The notes below the pieces were generated by a model. That model made no database searches and was not told the DNA's origin. It was given only the letters and a program-made list of their open reading frames with translations. 33,777 nt of DNA from an uncultured Clostridia bacterium (GTDB taxonomy: Bacteria > Bacillota > Clostridia > TANB77 > CAG-508). Numbering within the stretch: position 1 is the first letter of the stretch; every line of letters starts with the position of its first letter. The DNA lies in assembly GCA_947629805.1 (NCBI GenBank), contig CANRFE010000001.1, positions 1 to 33,777 of the forward strand, read 5' to 3'. Position numbers and translations under genes: made by a program. Positions 1-8,841 of the stretch are shown here, in pieces.

Positions 1-78
1 TAAAGTTATATTCCCGGGGCAGGGGCATTTCAGGCAGGCGGTTGAAAAGTTAAAAGAGGCGGATATGTTCTCTTTTAT

Positions 79-1695
79 TCAAGATTTGACCCTAAATAAA
101 GAATTTTTAGGAATATCTTCAATAGGAAGTGATTCAAAATATTTCAAAAATTCACATAAACGTTTTGCTTCTGCATACTCCTTTTTATCCTTTCCTATCT
201 TGCTAAATAAAGGAAGTGCATAATCTTTTAGGGCATTAATTTCATATACTAAGGAACTATTAAACATGACATCCGCTTCTTCTTGAAAAGGAAAAATATT
301 TTTTTCTTCCCCAGCTGCCACAGAATACCAAGAAGATAAAGTAGTTTGGGCATCATAACCTCGAAATTGACTGTCTCTTACTGTCCTTCTAATAATTCTT
401 GTATCGGTAGTAGAAATACGATTATAATAATCAATATTTAATACAGTTAAAGCACTAATATAAATTTTAAATTTCTGTTGCTTTGGAATGGCAGGTGTTA
501 ACTTATCATTTAAGCAATGAATTCCTTCCATTACTAGCACTTCATCTTCTTCTAATTTCATAGTTTTGCCTGTGTAGTATTTTTTGCCTTCCTTAAAATC
601 AAAAGTAGGCATTTGAATTTCTTCGCCGTTTAATAATTTTACCAAATGCTCATTTAATAATTTTAAGTCTACCGCCTCTAAATCTTCAAAATTATAATTG
701 CCAAATTCATCTTTTGGCGTTTGTTCTCTTTCTACAAAATAATTATCTACCGAAATAGTTTTTGGTCTTACCCCATTTAGGCGAAGTTGCAATCCTAATC
801 TTTTAGCAAAAGTGGTTTTTCCTGAAGAAGAAGGGCCTGCAATTAAAACTACTCTTTTTCTTCTGTCTTCCGTAATTTTATCTGCTATTTGGGAAATCTT
901 TTTTTCATGTAAAGCTTCGGAAAGTAAAATAATTTCTTTTCCTTCTCCCTTTCTTATTTTCTCATTTAATTGCTCCAAAGTTGCGATTCCTAAAATTTCA
1001 ATAATATCATCATATTCTTGTAAAGTTGCTAATAATTTTTTTCCCTCTTGATAAGGTTTTATCTCATTTGGATTTGTTTTACTTGGATAACGAATGAGAA
1101 ATCCATTTTGATATTTCATCATATCAAATAATCGAATATATCCTGTTGAAATAGGCATAATCCCATAAAAATAATTATAATAATTTTCACAAAAATAAAA
1201 AGAAACTTCTTGTTTTTCTCTATTTTCTAATTGCAATTTTCCTATTTCGGTATTTTCTCTTTTTATAAACTCTATTGCTTCTTCTTTCTTCATTTCTACT
1301 TTTTTTATAGGTAAATCTTGTGCAATAATATTTTGCATTTCTTGTCGAATGGCTTCTAGCATTTCTTCTGTAACAATACCATTCTCTATTTCACAAAACA
1401 TACTACTAGACAATTGATAATTTACCGTTAATAAAATTTCTGGATACAATTTATGAAATGCCATGGACATAATAAATAATAAGCCCCTTGTATAAGTACG
1501 AGCTCCATCTCTTGAAGTAGTATCTAATAGCTCTACTTCATCGTTTTCCTGTAGTACATAATTTAATGGTTTTACTTCATTATTTACTATACATGCAATG
1601 GTATTTTTATTTTCTTCTATTGGCTCTTTTAACAATTCTAAAACTGTTGTATTTTCTTCTGTCTCCACTTCTATCTTTTTATAAATAATTTTCAT
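79..1695 (-). CDS. TGS-domain / uridine-kinase-like (PRK family) P-loop nucleoside kinase fusion protein
   Basis: 538-aa ORF. N-terminal TGS-like segment (MKIIYKKIEVETEENTTVLELL). Central Walker A VVLIAGPSSSGKTTFAKRL, followed by a uridine-kinase-like core (ISVDNYF, VLVMEGIH). TGA stop at 79-81. Confidence 0.75.
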   Translation of the reverse strand: MKIIYKKIEVETEENTTVLELLKEPIEENKNTIACIVNNEVKPLNYVLQENDEVELLDTTSRDGARTYTRGLLFIMSMAFHKLYPEILLTVNYQLSSSMFCEIENGIVTEEMLEAIRQEMQNIIAQDLPIKKVEMKKEEAIEFIKRENTEIGKLQLENREKQEVSFYFCENYYNYFYGIMPISTGYIRLFDMMKYQNGFLIRYPSKTNPNEIKPYQEGKKLLATLQEYDDIIEILGIATLEQLNEKIRKGEGKEIILLSEALHEKKISQIADKITEDRRKRVVLIAGPSSSGKTTFAKRLGLQLRLNGVRPKTISVDNYFVEREQTPKDEFGNYNFEDLEAVDLKLLNEHLVKLLNGEEIQMPTFDFKEGKKYYTGKTMKLEEDEVLVMEGIHCLNDKLTPAIPKQQKFKIYISALTVLNIDYYNRISTTDTRIIRRTVRDSQFRGYDAQTTLSSWYSVAAGEEKNIFPFQEEADVMFNSSLVYEINALKDYALPLFSKIGKDKKEYAEAKRLCEFLKYFESLPIEDIPKNSLFRVKS

Positions 1696-1803
1696 TTGTT
1701 TTCTTCCTTCCTATTTATTCTTTTTTATTATATGCTATTTTTTATTCTATGTCAAAATTTATTTGTATAACATCAAAAGAAAACAAAAATTGCCAAAACC
1801 GTT

Positions 1804-1832
1804 GCATAAATTTTCCCTTTTTGGAAATTCTA
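1804..1832 (+). promoter_or_regulatory. Candidate forespore (sigma-G/F-like) promoter for the ger operon
   Basis: GCATA (1804-1808), 17-nt spacer, AATTCTA (1826-1832), about 20 nt upstream of the gerA-family start. One mismatch to the GHATR-N17/18-CAHWHTA type consensus. By-eye match only. Confidence 0.25.
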
Positions 1833-1853
1833 TAGAAAAAGGATGGATGATAA

Positions 1854-3545
1854 ATGAACGTAAAAAAATTCTTCACTCCTTTTGTTTGGCAACCAAAAAA
1901 AATTTATGATTTTTCCATTGCACAAACAGAGGAAACTACAACAGAACAACAAGAAGAAAATACAAATTCTTTAGCAAACAAAAGAATGGTACTTCCTAAG
2001 CTTTCTAGTAATTTAGAATATATCAAAGCAAGATTTAACACTCTTATTAATAGTGATATTATTCTTCGTGAATTTTCCATTCTTGCTCACAACAAACGTT
2101 ATTCTGCATTTCTTTTGTTTATTGACGGCATGGTAGATTCCAATTTAATTAACGATTTTATCTTAAAACCTTTAATGCTTAGAAACCCTGCCAATACGTT
2201 TGAAGAGGAAAAAAATAGAATTCTTTCAAAATCGGTAAAAAACCATGTTACCATAAGAAAAGTAAAAAAATTTGATTTAATAGAATATATTTCTAGCAAG
2301 CTACTTCCTCAAAATACTATTTCGGAGGAAAAAGAAATGGATGCTCTTATTTCTGGAGTAAATTCCGGCAATTGTGCTTTATTTATTGATACTTTGGAAG
2401 TTGCTTTTGACATTGAAGTAAAAGGTTTTAAGCAAAGAAGTATAGATACCCCTAATAACGAAATTATTATTAAAGGACCACAAGAAGCCTTTGTAGAAAA
2501 TATTCGAACCAATACTTCCTTGCTTCGTAGAATTATAAACAATGAACAATTAATTATGGAAAATATCGAAATTGGTAAAGTAACCAAAACCAAATGTGCT
2601 CTATGTTACATGGAAAATATTACAAATAGTGATTTAGTAGCAGAAGTGAAATATCGTTTAAATAATCTTGCTATTGATTCTTTATTCTCTTCTGGGCAAC
2701 TAGAACAGCTCATTATAGATGACAATCAAATTGGTGTACCAGAAATTTTATCCACAGAAAGGCCTGACAAAACGGCCAAACACTTATTACAAGGACGTGT
2801 TGTTGTATTAGTAAATGGTTCTCCTTATTCTTTAATTATGCCTGCTACTTTCATTGACTTCATGTCTTCTCCAGAAGATACCAATTTGAAAACTTATTTT
2901 GCTAATTTTCTAAGAACGCTTCGTTTTTTAGCTTCTCTTATTACTTTACTACTTCCTGGGTTTTACGTTGCAGTTACTAGTTTTCATCAAGAAATTTTAC
3001 CAACCGAATTGCTTTATTCCATTTTAAGTGCAAGAGAAACGGTTCCTTTTCCTGTTATTTTTGAAATTTTCATTATGGAGGTTTCTTTTGAACTTATTCG
3101 AGAAGCAGGTCTTAGAGTCCCTTCTCCCATTGGACCCACTATTGGTATTGTAGGTGCTTTAGTATTAGGACAAGCTGCCGTTAGTGCGAATATTGTAAGT
3201 CCTATTCTCATTATCATTATTGCCTTAACTGGTATTGCCTCCTTTGCTATTCCAGACTTTTCGTTTGGTTTTCATTTACGATTTTTCCGTTTTGGCTTTG
3301 TACTACTTGGTTATATTGCTGGCTTTTTAGGAATTTCCATTGGACTTTTTGTATATTTGTCCATTCTTTGTAATATCAAATCTTTTGGTGTTCCTTTTAT
3401 GGCTCCTTTTGCCCCTGCTACCAATAGTAAGGGAAATGGATATTTTCTTCCTCCTATTTGGAAGCAAGAATATAGAGCTACTTATGTAGCTCCTAAAAAG
3501 GAAAAGGCACAAGAGCCTATTAGTATGAAATGGAAATTCAAATAA
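1854..3545 (+). CDS. Spore germination protein, GerA-family A subunit
   Basis: 563-aa ORF with the typical GerAA/GerKA layout: soluble N-terminal part (LRRIINNEQL, GRVVVLVNGSPYSLIMPATF) and a C-terminal polytopic membrane region. RBS-like GGATGGATG upstream. Confidence 0.9.
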   Translation: MNVKKFFTPFVWQPKKIYDFSIAQTEETTTEQQEENTNSLANKRMVLPKLSSNLEYIKARFNTLINSDIILREFSILAHNKRYSAFLLFIDGMVDSNLINDFILKPLMLRNPANTFEEEKNRILSKSVKNHVTIRKVKKFDLIEYISSKLLPQNTISEEKEMDALISGVNSGNCALFIDTLEVAFDIEVKGFKQRSIDTPNNEIIIKGPQEAFVENIRTNTSLLRRIINNEQLIMENIEIGKVTKTKCALCYMENITNSDLVAEVKYRLNNLAIDSLFSSGQLEQLIIDDNQIGVPEILSTERPDKTAKHLLQGRVVVLVNGSPYSLIMPATFIDFMSSPEDTNLKTYFANFLRTLRFLASLITLLLPGFYVAVTSFHQEILPTELLYSILSARETVPFPVIFEIFIMEVSFELIREAGLRVPSPIGPTIGIVGALVLGQAAVSANIVSPILIIIIALTGIASFAIPDFSFGFHLRFFRFGFVLLGYIAGFLGISIGLFVYLSILCNIKSFGVPFMAPFAPATNSKGNGYFLPPIWKQEYRATYVAPKKEKAQEPISMKWKFK

Positions 3546-3609
3546 GAAGATATGGGTTTATGGGTATCCCTTATAAAAACCTAAATTTAGAAAGTTAAGG
3601 TTTGTTATT

Positions 3610-4708
3610 ATGAATCATTCAAGAATTGGTACATTAGAAGCAATTTGTCTTATTTTATCTGTTATTATCATTCGTACCGTATTATCCTTACCAAAAAGCA
3701 TTTTAGCACTTACAAACTCTGCTAGTATTTTAAACCTTCTTTATGTTGGTTTTATTGTACTTGTTTTAGTTTATTGGATCTATCGTCTTTTTCAAAAATT
3801 TCCTGGGATGGATATTATTGATGTAGCAGAAGTAGTAGGACGGAAATCTTTTTAAGAAAATAATAGGCTTAATCTTTATTTTTTATTTTATTGTAAGTTC
3901 TAGTATTTTTCTTAGAAACTTTTGCGAATGTCTAAGAATTGTATATTACCCCTCCACTAGCATTTTATTTTTTATTTTATTTTTTATTATCGCCCTTTGT
4001 GCTACGAATTACTTATCTTTTAATGCTAGTTTAAAAGCAAACTTAATAATTACTCCTATTGCCCTTGGTAGTATTGTCTTTTTATTTGTTGCCAATATCA
4101 GCCATTTTTCTCCTCAAAGAATTTTTCCCCTTCTTGGAAATGGCATAATGCAAACTTTTGTAATGGGACTTGGGAACATTTCTTCTTTTAGTGGAATTGT
4201 CTTTTTATATTTTCTTCCCCCTTTATTAAAAGAGCCACAAAAATTCAAAAAAATTGCTATTACTTCTGTTATTTTATCGGTCCTTTACTTAATCATAACC
4301 GTTTCTATTATTTTATTTATTTTCTCCTATTTTGTACAAACCGATGAAGTAATGCCTTTATACTCTGCTGCCACTTATATTGAATTCGGAAGCTTTTTCC
4401 AAAGGCTAGAATCCGTCTTTTTATTAATATGGATGTTAGTTCTTGCTTGTTACTTAAGTATTATTAGCAAATTTTCCATTCATATTTTTCGTAAAATAAC
4501 GAATATTAAAGACTTTAAGCCTACCATTTATCCTATTGGCCTTTGCATTTTAGCAGTCTCCCTTTTGCCAAAAAATTATGCAACGGCAAAATTTTATGAA
4601 ACTTCTATTTATCCTTACTTAATGATTGGAATTGTTTGCATTATGAGTTTTCTTATTTTGCTTTTTGCCTCTTTGAAAAGGAAAAGAAAAGTAGGTGATG
4701 TAAATTGA
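3610..4708 (+). pseudogene. GerAB-family (APC-type permease-like) germinant receptor B subunit, split by a 1-nt frameshift
   Basis: The 81-aa ORF (3610-3855) and the 186-aa ORF (4148-4708) are both polytopic membrane sequence. I translated the frame of the second ORF by hand and it is open back to about 3845 (NLFKKIIGLIFIFYF...GNGIMQTF). A 1-nt change in the T5 run at 3849-3853 joins them into a roughly 365-aa protein, the normal B-subunit size. Confidence 0.8.
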
Positions 4709-5928
4709 ATAAATTGCTACGCAACATCTTTGTTTTCCTTGTAATTCTTGTTTTTATTGTGGCCTTTAGTCCTTCTTATACTTCTCTCAACATTGACAAC
4801 TTAGCCTATGTTGTAGCACTTGGCATTGATGTTGGAGAAAATGAAGATTTTAACATTAGCTTTCAATTTACAACAGGAAGTTCTAGTAGTGATTCTGGTT
4901 CTAGTGAAAAAAGTCCTCTTATTATCAATTCAGTAGAAGCCTCTTCCATTGATAGTGCGATTAATTTAATGAATAGCTATTTGGCCAAAAAAATAAATTT
5001 GTCTCATTGTCGCTTGCTTATTTTTTCCGAAGAAGTAGCAAGTAAGGGCATTGCAGATGCAGTTTATACCTTAGCAAATGATTCCCAAATAAGACATTCT
5101 GCAAATATCATTGTTAGTAAAAATACAGCAAAAGACTATATGGAAAATTCTACTCCTATTTTAGAAAATCTCATTACGAAATATTATGAAATTTTTCCCA
5201 ATACTAGTAAATACACAGGTTACATTTATAACGTTACTTTTGCCGACTTTCTAAACCAATATTTATGCAACACTTGCGAGCCTTTTGCCATTCTTGGTGG
5301 TGTAAACAAAAACACAACCACTTTGGACAATGCATCACAAAGTACGAACGTTGCTACCATGAAATCAACTAATACCCCTTTTTCTGGTGATAGAGGTGCA
5401 GAAAATTTAGGAATTGCTGTTTTCAAAGACGATAAATTGGTAGGAGAATTAACTGCTATTGAAACCTTATGCCTCTCTATTTTACGTGGAGACACAGATT
5501 CTTTTTTAATTAATGTACCAGATCCCACCGACCCAGAAAGACAATTAGATATAAAAATATTTAACGAAGGGCATAAGAAAATCAAAGTGGACATTCTGAA
5601 CGGTTTTCCCTATATTCGCTTTGAAGCCAAATTTACTGGTAGAGTTTACTCCATGAAAGAACATGCGCATTATTTAGACCAAAATATTCTAGATGCTATT
5701 TCGCAAGAAGCCAATCGTTATTTAGAAAATATTTTAACACAATATTTATATCGTACTTCCACAGAATTTCAATCTGACATTAGTGGTTTTGGCAAATACG
5801 CTTTGTCTCATTTCTTAACCGCCCAAGACTTTGAAGCATACGATTGGCAAAACAATTATGTAAATTCTACTTTTAAAGTAACAATTGACACGCAAATACA
5901 ATCTGGTTTCTTAATTAATGAAACATAA
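4705..5928 (+). CDS. Ger(x)C-family germinant receptor C subunit
   Basis: 407-aa ORF. TTG start overlaps the B-subunit TGA (TTGA coupling). N-terminal hydrophobic anchor, then LAYVVALGID, typical of GerAC/GerKC. Third gene of an A-B-C operon. Confidence 0.85.
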   Translation: MNKLLRNIFVFLVILVFIVAFSPSYTSLNIDNLAYVVALGIDVGENEDFNISFQFTTGSSSSDSGSSEKSPLIINSVEASSIDSAINLMNSYLAKKINLSHCRLLIFSEEVASKGIADAVYTLANDSQIRHSANIIVSKNTAKDYMENSTPILENLITKYYEIFPNTSKYTGYIYNVTFADFLNQYLCNTCEPFAILGGVNKNTTTLDNASQSTNVATMKSTNTPFSGDRGAENLGIAVFKDDKLVGELTAIETLCLSILRGDTDSFLINVPDPTDPERQLDIKIFNEGHKKIKVDILNGFPYIRFEAKFTGRVYSMKEHAHYLDQNILDAISQEANRYLENILTQYLYRTSTEFQSDISGFGKYALSHFLTAQDFEAYDWQNNYVNSTFKVTIDTQIQSGFLINET

Positions 5929-5963
5929 AATGTCCCTTTAGGGACGTTTTCCAAAGGGACATT
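5929..5963 (+). repeat. 35-nt stop-codon-adjacent palindromic repeat, copy A
   Basis: aatgtccctttagggacgttttccaaagggacatt starts directly after the gerXC TAA. 32/35 identical to the reverse complement of 32210-32244. One GTCCC arm and two GGGAC arms. Confidence 0.8.
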
Positions 5964-5992
5964 TGCTATTATAATAAATGGAGGTTTTATTT

Positions 5993-6172
5993 ATGCTTGC
6001 TTCGTTTTATCATATTTTATTTCTTTTTTTTACAATTTATGTATTAGTGTATTCTATTTCTTATGGTTTATATGAAATAAAACAAGAAAAAAACTCTTTT
6101 GGTGGAAGTCTTGTAATTGCCTTTACTATTTTTAGCGTCATTTTTAGTAATATTATGGTTTGGCAGAATTAA
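5993..6172 (+). CDS. Small two-TM membrane protein (possible germinant-receptor D-type subunit)
   Basis: ORF-track ORF is 5978-6172. The ATG at 5993 is preferred because GGAGG lies 8 nt upstream. 59 aa with two hydrophobic helices. Last gene before the terminator of the ger operon. Confidence 0.5.
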   Translation: MLASFYHILFLFFTIYVLVYSISYGLYEIKQEKNSFGGSLVIAFTIFSVIFSNIMVWQN

Positions 6173-6205
6173 TACACATTCTCATACAAGCTATTGCCAT
6201 TTTTT

Positions 6206-6240
6206 AAGTGGTTCCTAATTGGAACCACTTTTCTTTTTTT
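6206..6240 (+). terminator. Rho-independent terminator of the ger operon
   Basis: Perfect 10-bp stem aagtggttcc / ggaaccactt with loop taatt, followed by ttcttttttt. Confidence 0.65.
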
Positions 6241-7372
6241 ATACCTGTTTTTTTCCTCCGTCCCCAAAAACAGTTATTTTTTCCCATGGCATTTCTTCTT
6301 TTCCAAAATGTCCATAGTTTGTTGTTTTTGTATAAATCGGCTTTTTTAAGTTTAAGTGTTGTATGATGGCATTTGGTGTGAAATCAAATTTTTCTTTTAC
6401 TATTTCTAAAATTTTTTCTTCTGCTATTGTATTGGTTCCAAAAGTATTAATCCAAATAGAAATTGGTTCTTTTTTTCCGATTGCATACGATAGTTGTATT
6501 TCAAATTTTTTAGCTAGCCCATTTGCTACTATGTTTTTGGCAACATAACGAAGCATATAGCTAGCAGAGCGATCTACTTTGCTAGCATCTTTTCCAGAAA
6601 AAGCTCCTCCTCCATGCCTTGCATACCCTCCATAAGTATCTACTATAATTTTTCTTCCTGTTAGTCCAGTATCACCTAAAGGTCCTCCTATTACAAATTT
6701 TCCTGTAGGATTGACATAAATTTTTGTATTTTTATCTATTTTTTCAAGTGGAACCACACGATAAATTACTTTTTCTATTATATCTTTTCGTAATTGTTCT
6801 ATTGCAATTTCTTCCCTATGTTGTGTAGATACCAAAATGGTGTCTACTCTTTTTGGTATATCTTCTTCATATTCTATGGTTACTTGTACTTTTCCATCTG
6901 GTCTTAGGTATGGAATTTCTTTTTCTTTTCTTACCGTTGTTAATTGCTTTGCTAATTTATGTGCTAAAGCAATTGCATACGGCATATAGTTTGGTGTTTC
7001 ATCACTAGCATAGCCAAACATAATCCCCTGGTCACCTGCCCCGCCTATATCTACTCCTCTAGCAATATCTGGACTTTGCTCCGTAATATTGACAAGAACA
7101 GAACAGGTTCTATAATCTATATCTGTATTTTCATTATCGAAACCAATTTCTTTTATTACGTTTCTTACTAGACTTTCGATAGCAACTTTTCCTTTAGAAG
7201 TTATTTGCCCTGCCACCATAATTGTATTTTTACAAGCAAACGTCTCTACTGCTACTCTAGAATTTTCATCTTGTTTTAAGTAGGCATCCAAAATACTATC
7301 AGAAATCAAATCACACAATTTATCTGGATGTCCCTCTGTTACACTCTCTGAGGTAAAATAATAATGTTTCAT
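6239..7372 (-). CDS. metK: S-adenosylmethionine synthetase
   Basis: 377 aa. [33 protein letters not shown] and GGGAFSGKD signatures. Confidence 0.95.
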   Translation of the reverse strand: MKHYYFTSESVTEGHPDKLCDLISDSILDAYLKQDENSRVAVETFACKNTIMVAGQITSKGKVAIESLVRNVIKEIGFDNENTDIDYRTCSVLVNITEQSPDIARGVDIGGAGDQGIMFGYASDETPNYMPYAIALAHKLAKQLTTVRKEKEIPYLRPDGKVQVTIEYEEDIPKRVDTILVSTQHREEIAIEQLRKDIIEKVIYRVVPLEKIDKNTKIYVNPTGKFVIGGPLGDTGLTGRKIIVDTYGGYARHGGGAFSGKDASKVDRSASYMLRYVAKNIVANGLAKKFEIQLSYAIGKKEPISIWINTFGTNTIAEEKILEIVKEKFDFTPNAIIQHLNLKKPIYTKTTNYGHFGKEEMPWEKITVFGDGGKKQV

Positions 7373-7438
7373 ATTTTCTTTTTCCTTTCTTATTTTCTCC
7401 TAGGCGTGCTCTAGAAAAGAAAAGATTTTATATTTTTT

Positions 7439-8083
7439 TTACACAACAAATAGTAGAAAACTCAAACTTAGTAATGGTACTGTAAGGTTATCGGTTCCTT
7501 TTATAGAAAATGCTTCTACTGCTGTTAGTAAGATGCTACCTAGCAATGCCTTTATATACCAAAAAGGACTATTACTCCAAATAAGATAAATAGCAATGGT
7601 TACCAAAGAAACAAGAAACATTGTAGTAGAACCAGCTAAAGATTTCTGCGTATCTGCTATTTTATATTTTGGACTATGAATTGCTTTTCCAAATACAGCA
7701 GCTAGTCCATCTCCATAAGCCATAAGCAAAATAGGAACTAAGCCTAAAATTGGTTGTTGTAAAATACCAAATGTTACAATCGTAATAAGGAGTAAAGAAA
7801 GTGCATAATAGACTGTTCCCAAGCCTTCGTTTTCCTTTCTCTCCATTACTTTAATTAAATCTTTTTTATAAGACACATAATTAATCACAACAAAAGTGGC
7901 TGGTACAAACATAGCAAACCATACATTGTCAAAAAAATACATCGCAAGGAACCACCAATTTCCTAAAGCAATATGAATAAATTTTCTGCTTGCTTCTTTG
8001 CCTTTTTTTTCAAACAATTTTGCTATTACAATAACCACTACAATTGCTAAATAAGATATTCCAATTCCCAACCAATTCTTCAT
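7439..8083 (-). CDS. Polytopic membrane protein, dolichol/phytol/polyprenol-kinase-like (CTP_transf_1 superfamily)
   Basis: 214 aa, multiple TM helices. SRKFIHI and AYGDGLAAVFGK motifs resemble the CTP-dependent polyprenol kinase branch. Assigned from motif memory only. Confidence 0.55.
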   Translation of the reverse strand: MKNWLGIGISYLAIVVVIVIAKLFEKKGKEASRKFIHIALGNWWFLAMYFFDNVWFAMFVPATFVVINYVSYKKDLIKVMERKENEGLGTVYYALSLLLITIVTFGILQQPILGLVPILLMAYGDGLAAVFGKAIHSPKYKIADTQKSLAGSTTMFLVSLVTIAIYLIWSNSPFWYIKALLGSILLTAVEAFSIKGTDNLTVPLLSLSFLLFVV

Positions 8084-8131
8084 TTTTTATTTCCTTTCTT
8101 TCTACTTCTTTTTTTACAATTTTTTTGCTAA

Positions 8132-8794
8132 CTAAATATATAATAAATAGTGAAAAATAAACCAAAATTGGCAAAAGCTACCCAACATAACAAAAATATG
8201 AAAAATTTCATGAAACCCAAAATGTTTTGTTGTAAAAGGAGCTTTTTTCAAGCCATAAATAATTCCTCCTATGGTATAGAAAATACCTCCTGCTAAAAGC
8301 CATAAAAGAGAGGAAAGTGCATTTAACTTTTGAAAAGTAGTAAAAAGTGGGTATAACATTACAATTACTAACCATCCCATTGCAATATAAAGAGAAGTAG
8401 TAAGCCATCTTGGTGCTTTAATCCAAACTGCTGTTAATACAGTTCCTAAAACTGCCAACCCCCATACTACACCAAAAATACTCCACCCCCATGCTCCTCT
8501 TAAAGGTCCCAAGCAAATTGGCGTATACGTTGCAGCAATAACCAAATAAATCATAATATGATCAAATTTTTTCAATACCCTTGTTCCATTTTTTCCTAAG
8601 TTTAATAAATGGTATAAGGAACTAAAGAAATATAATAACACTAAGGCTGCTCCAAAAATCGTAAAAGTAACAATATCCCATGCTCCTTCTCCATACCTTG
8701 CTGCTTGCACAATTAATAGCACAAGCCCTGCTATAGCAAGTACCATACCCAACAAATGTGATAAGCCACTAACTGGATCTTTCATTTTTTTCAT
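8132..8794 (-). CDS. Hemolysin III / PAQR family membrane protein
   Basis: 220 aa, 7 predicted TM helices. LSHLLG, DHIMIYLVIAATYTP and HEIFHIFVMLGS motifs. Confidence 0.85.
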   Translation of the reverse strand: MKKMKDPVSGLSHLLGMVLAIAGLVLLIVQAARYGEGAWDIVTFTIFGAALVLLYFFSSLYHLLNLGKNGTRVLKKFDHIMIYLVIAATYTPICLGPLRGAWGWSIFGVVWGLAVLGTVLTAVWIKAPRWLTTSLYIAMGWLVIVMLYPLFTTFQKLNALSSLLWLLAGGIFYTIGGIIYGLKKAPFTTKHFGFHEIFHIFVMLGSFCQFWFIFHYLLYI

Positions 8795-8841
8795 ATTTTT
8801 TCTTCCCTTCTTTGTATTGTCTTATTTTACCATAGTCTTCC

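Noticed and set aside
1-78. Unusually GC-rich patch at the left window edge (ttcccggggcaggggcatttcaggcaggcgg, with direct repeat aggcgg-N15-aggcgg); the frame after the TGA at 79-81 stays open to the edge
   Set aside because: The patch is too short and is truncated by the window. It has no clear hairpin/U-tract, no start codon with an RBS, and no match to any RNA motif I could place. I tested it by eye as a possible template repeat for the 25.4-kb NNC patch and it does not align. The kinase C-terminus ends at about the expected place, so read-through is unlikely.
812-5594. Antisense ORFs inside the kinase-like gene and the ger genes (812-1051, 2099-2299, 2309-2593, 3014-3217, 3327-3512, 5226-5594)
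   Set aside because: They are shadow ORFs opposite well-supported genes. Their sequences are low-complexity with no recognisable motifs.
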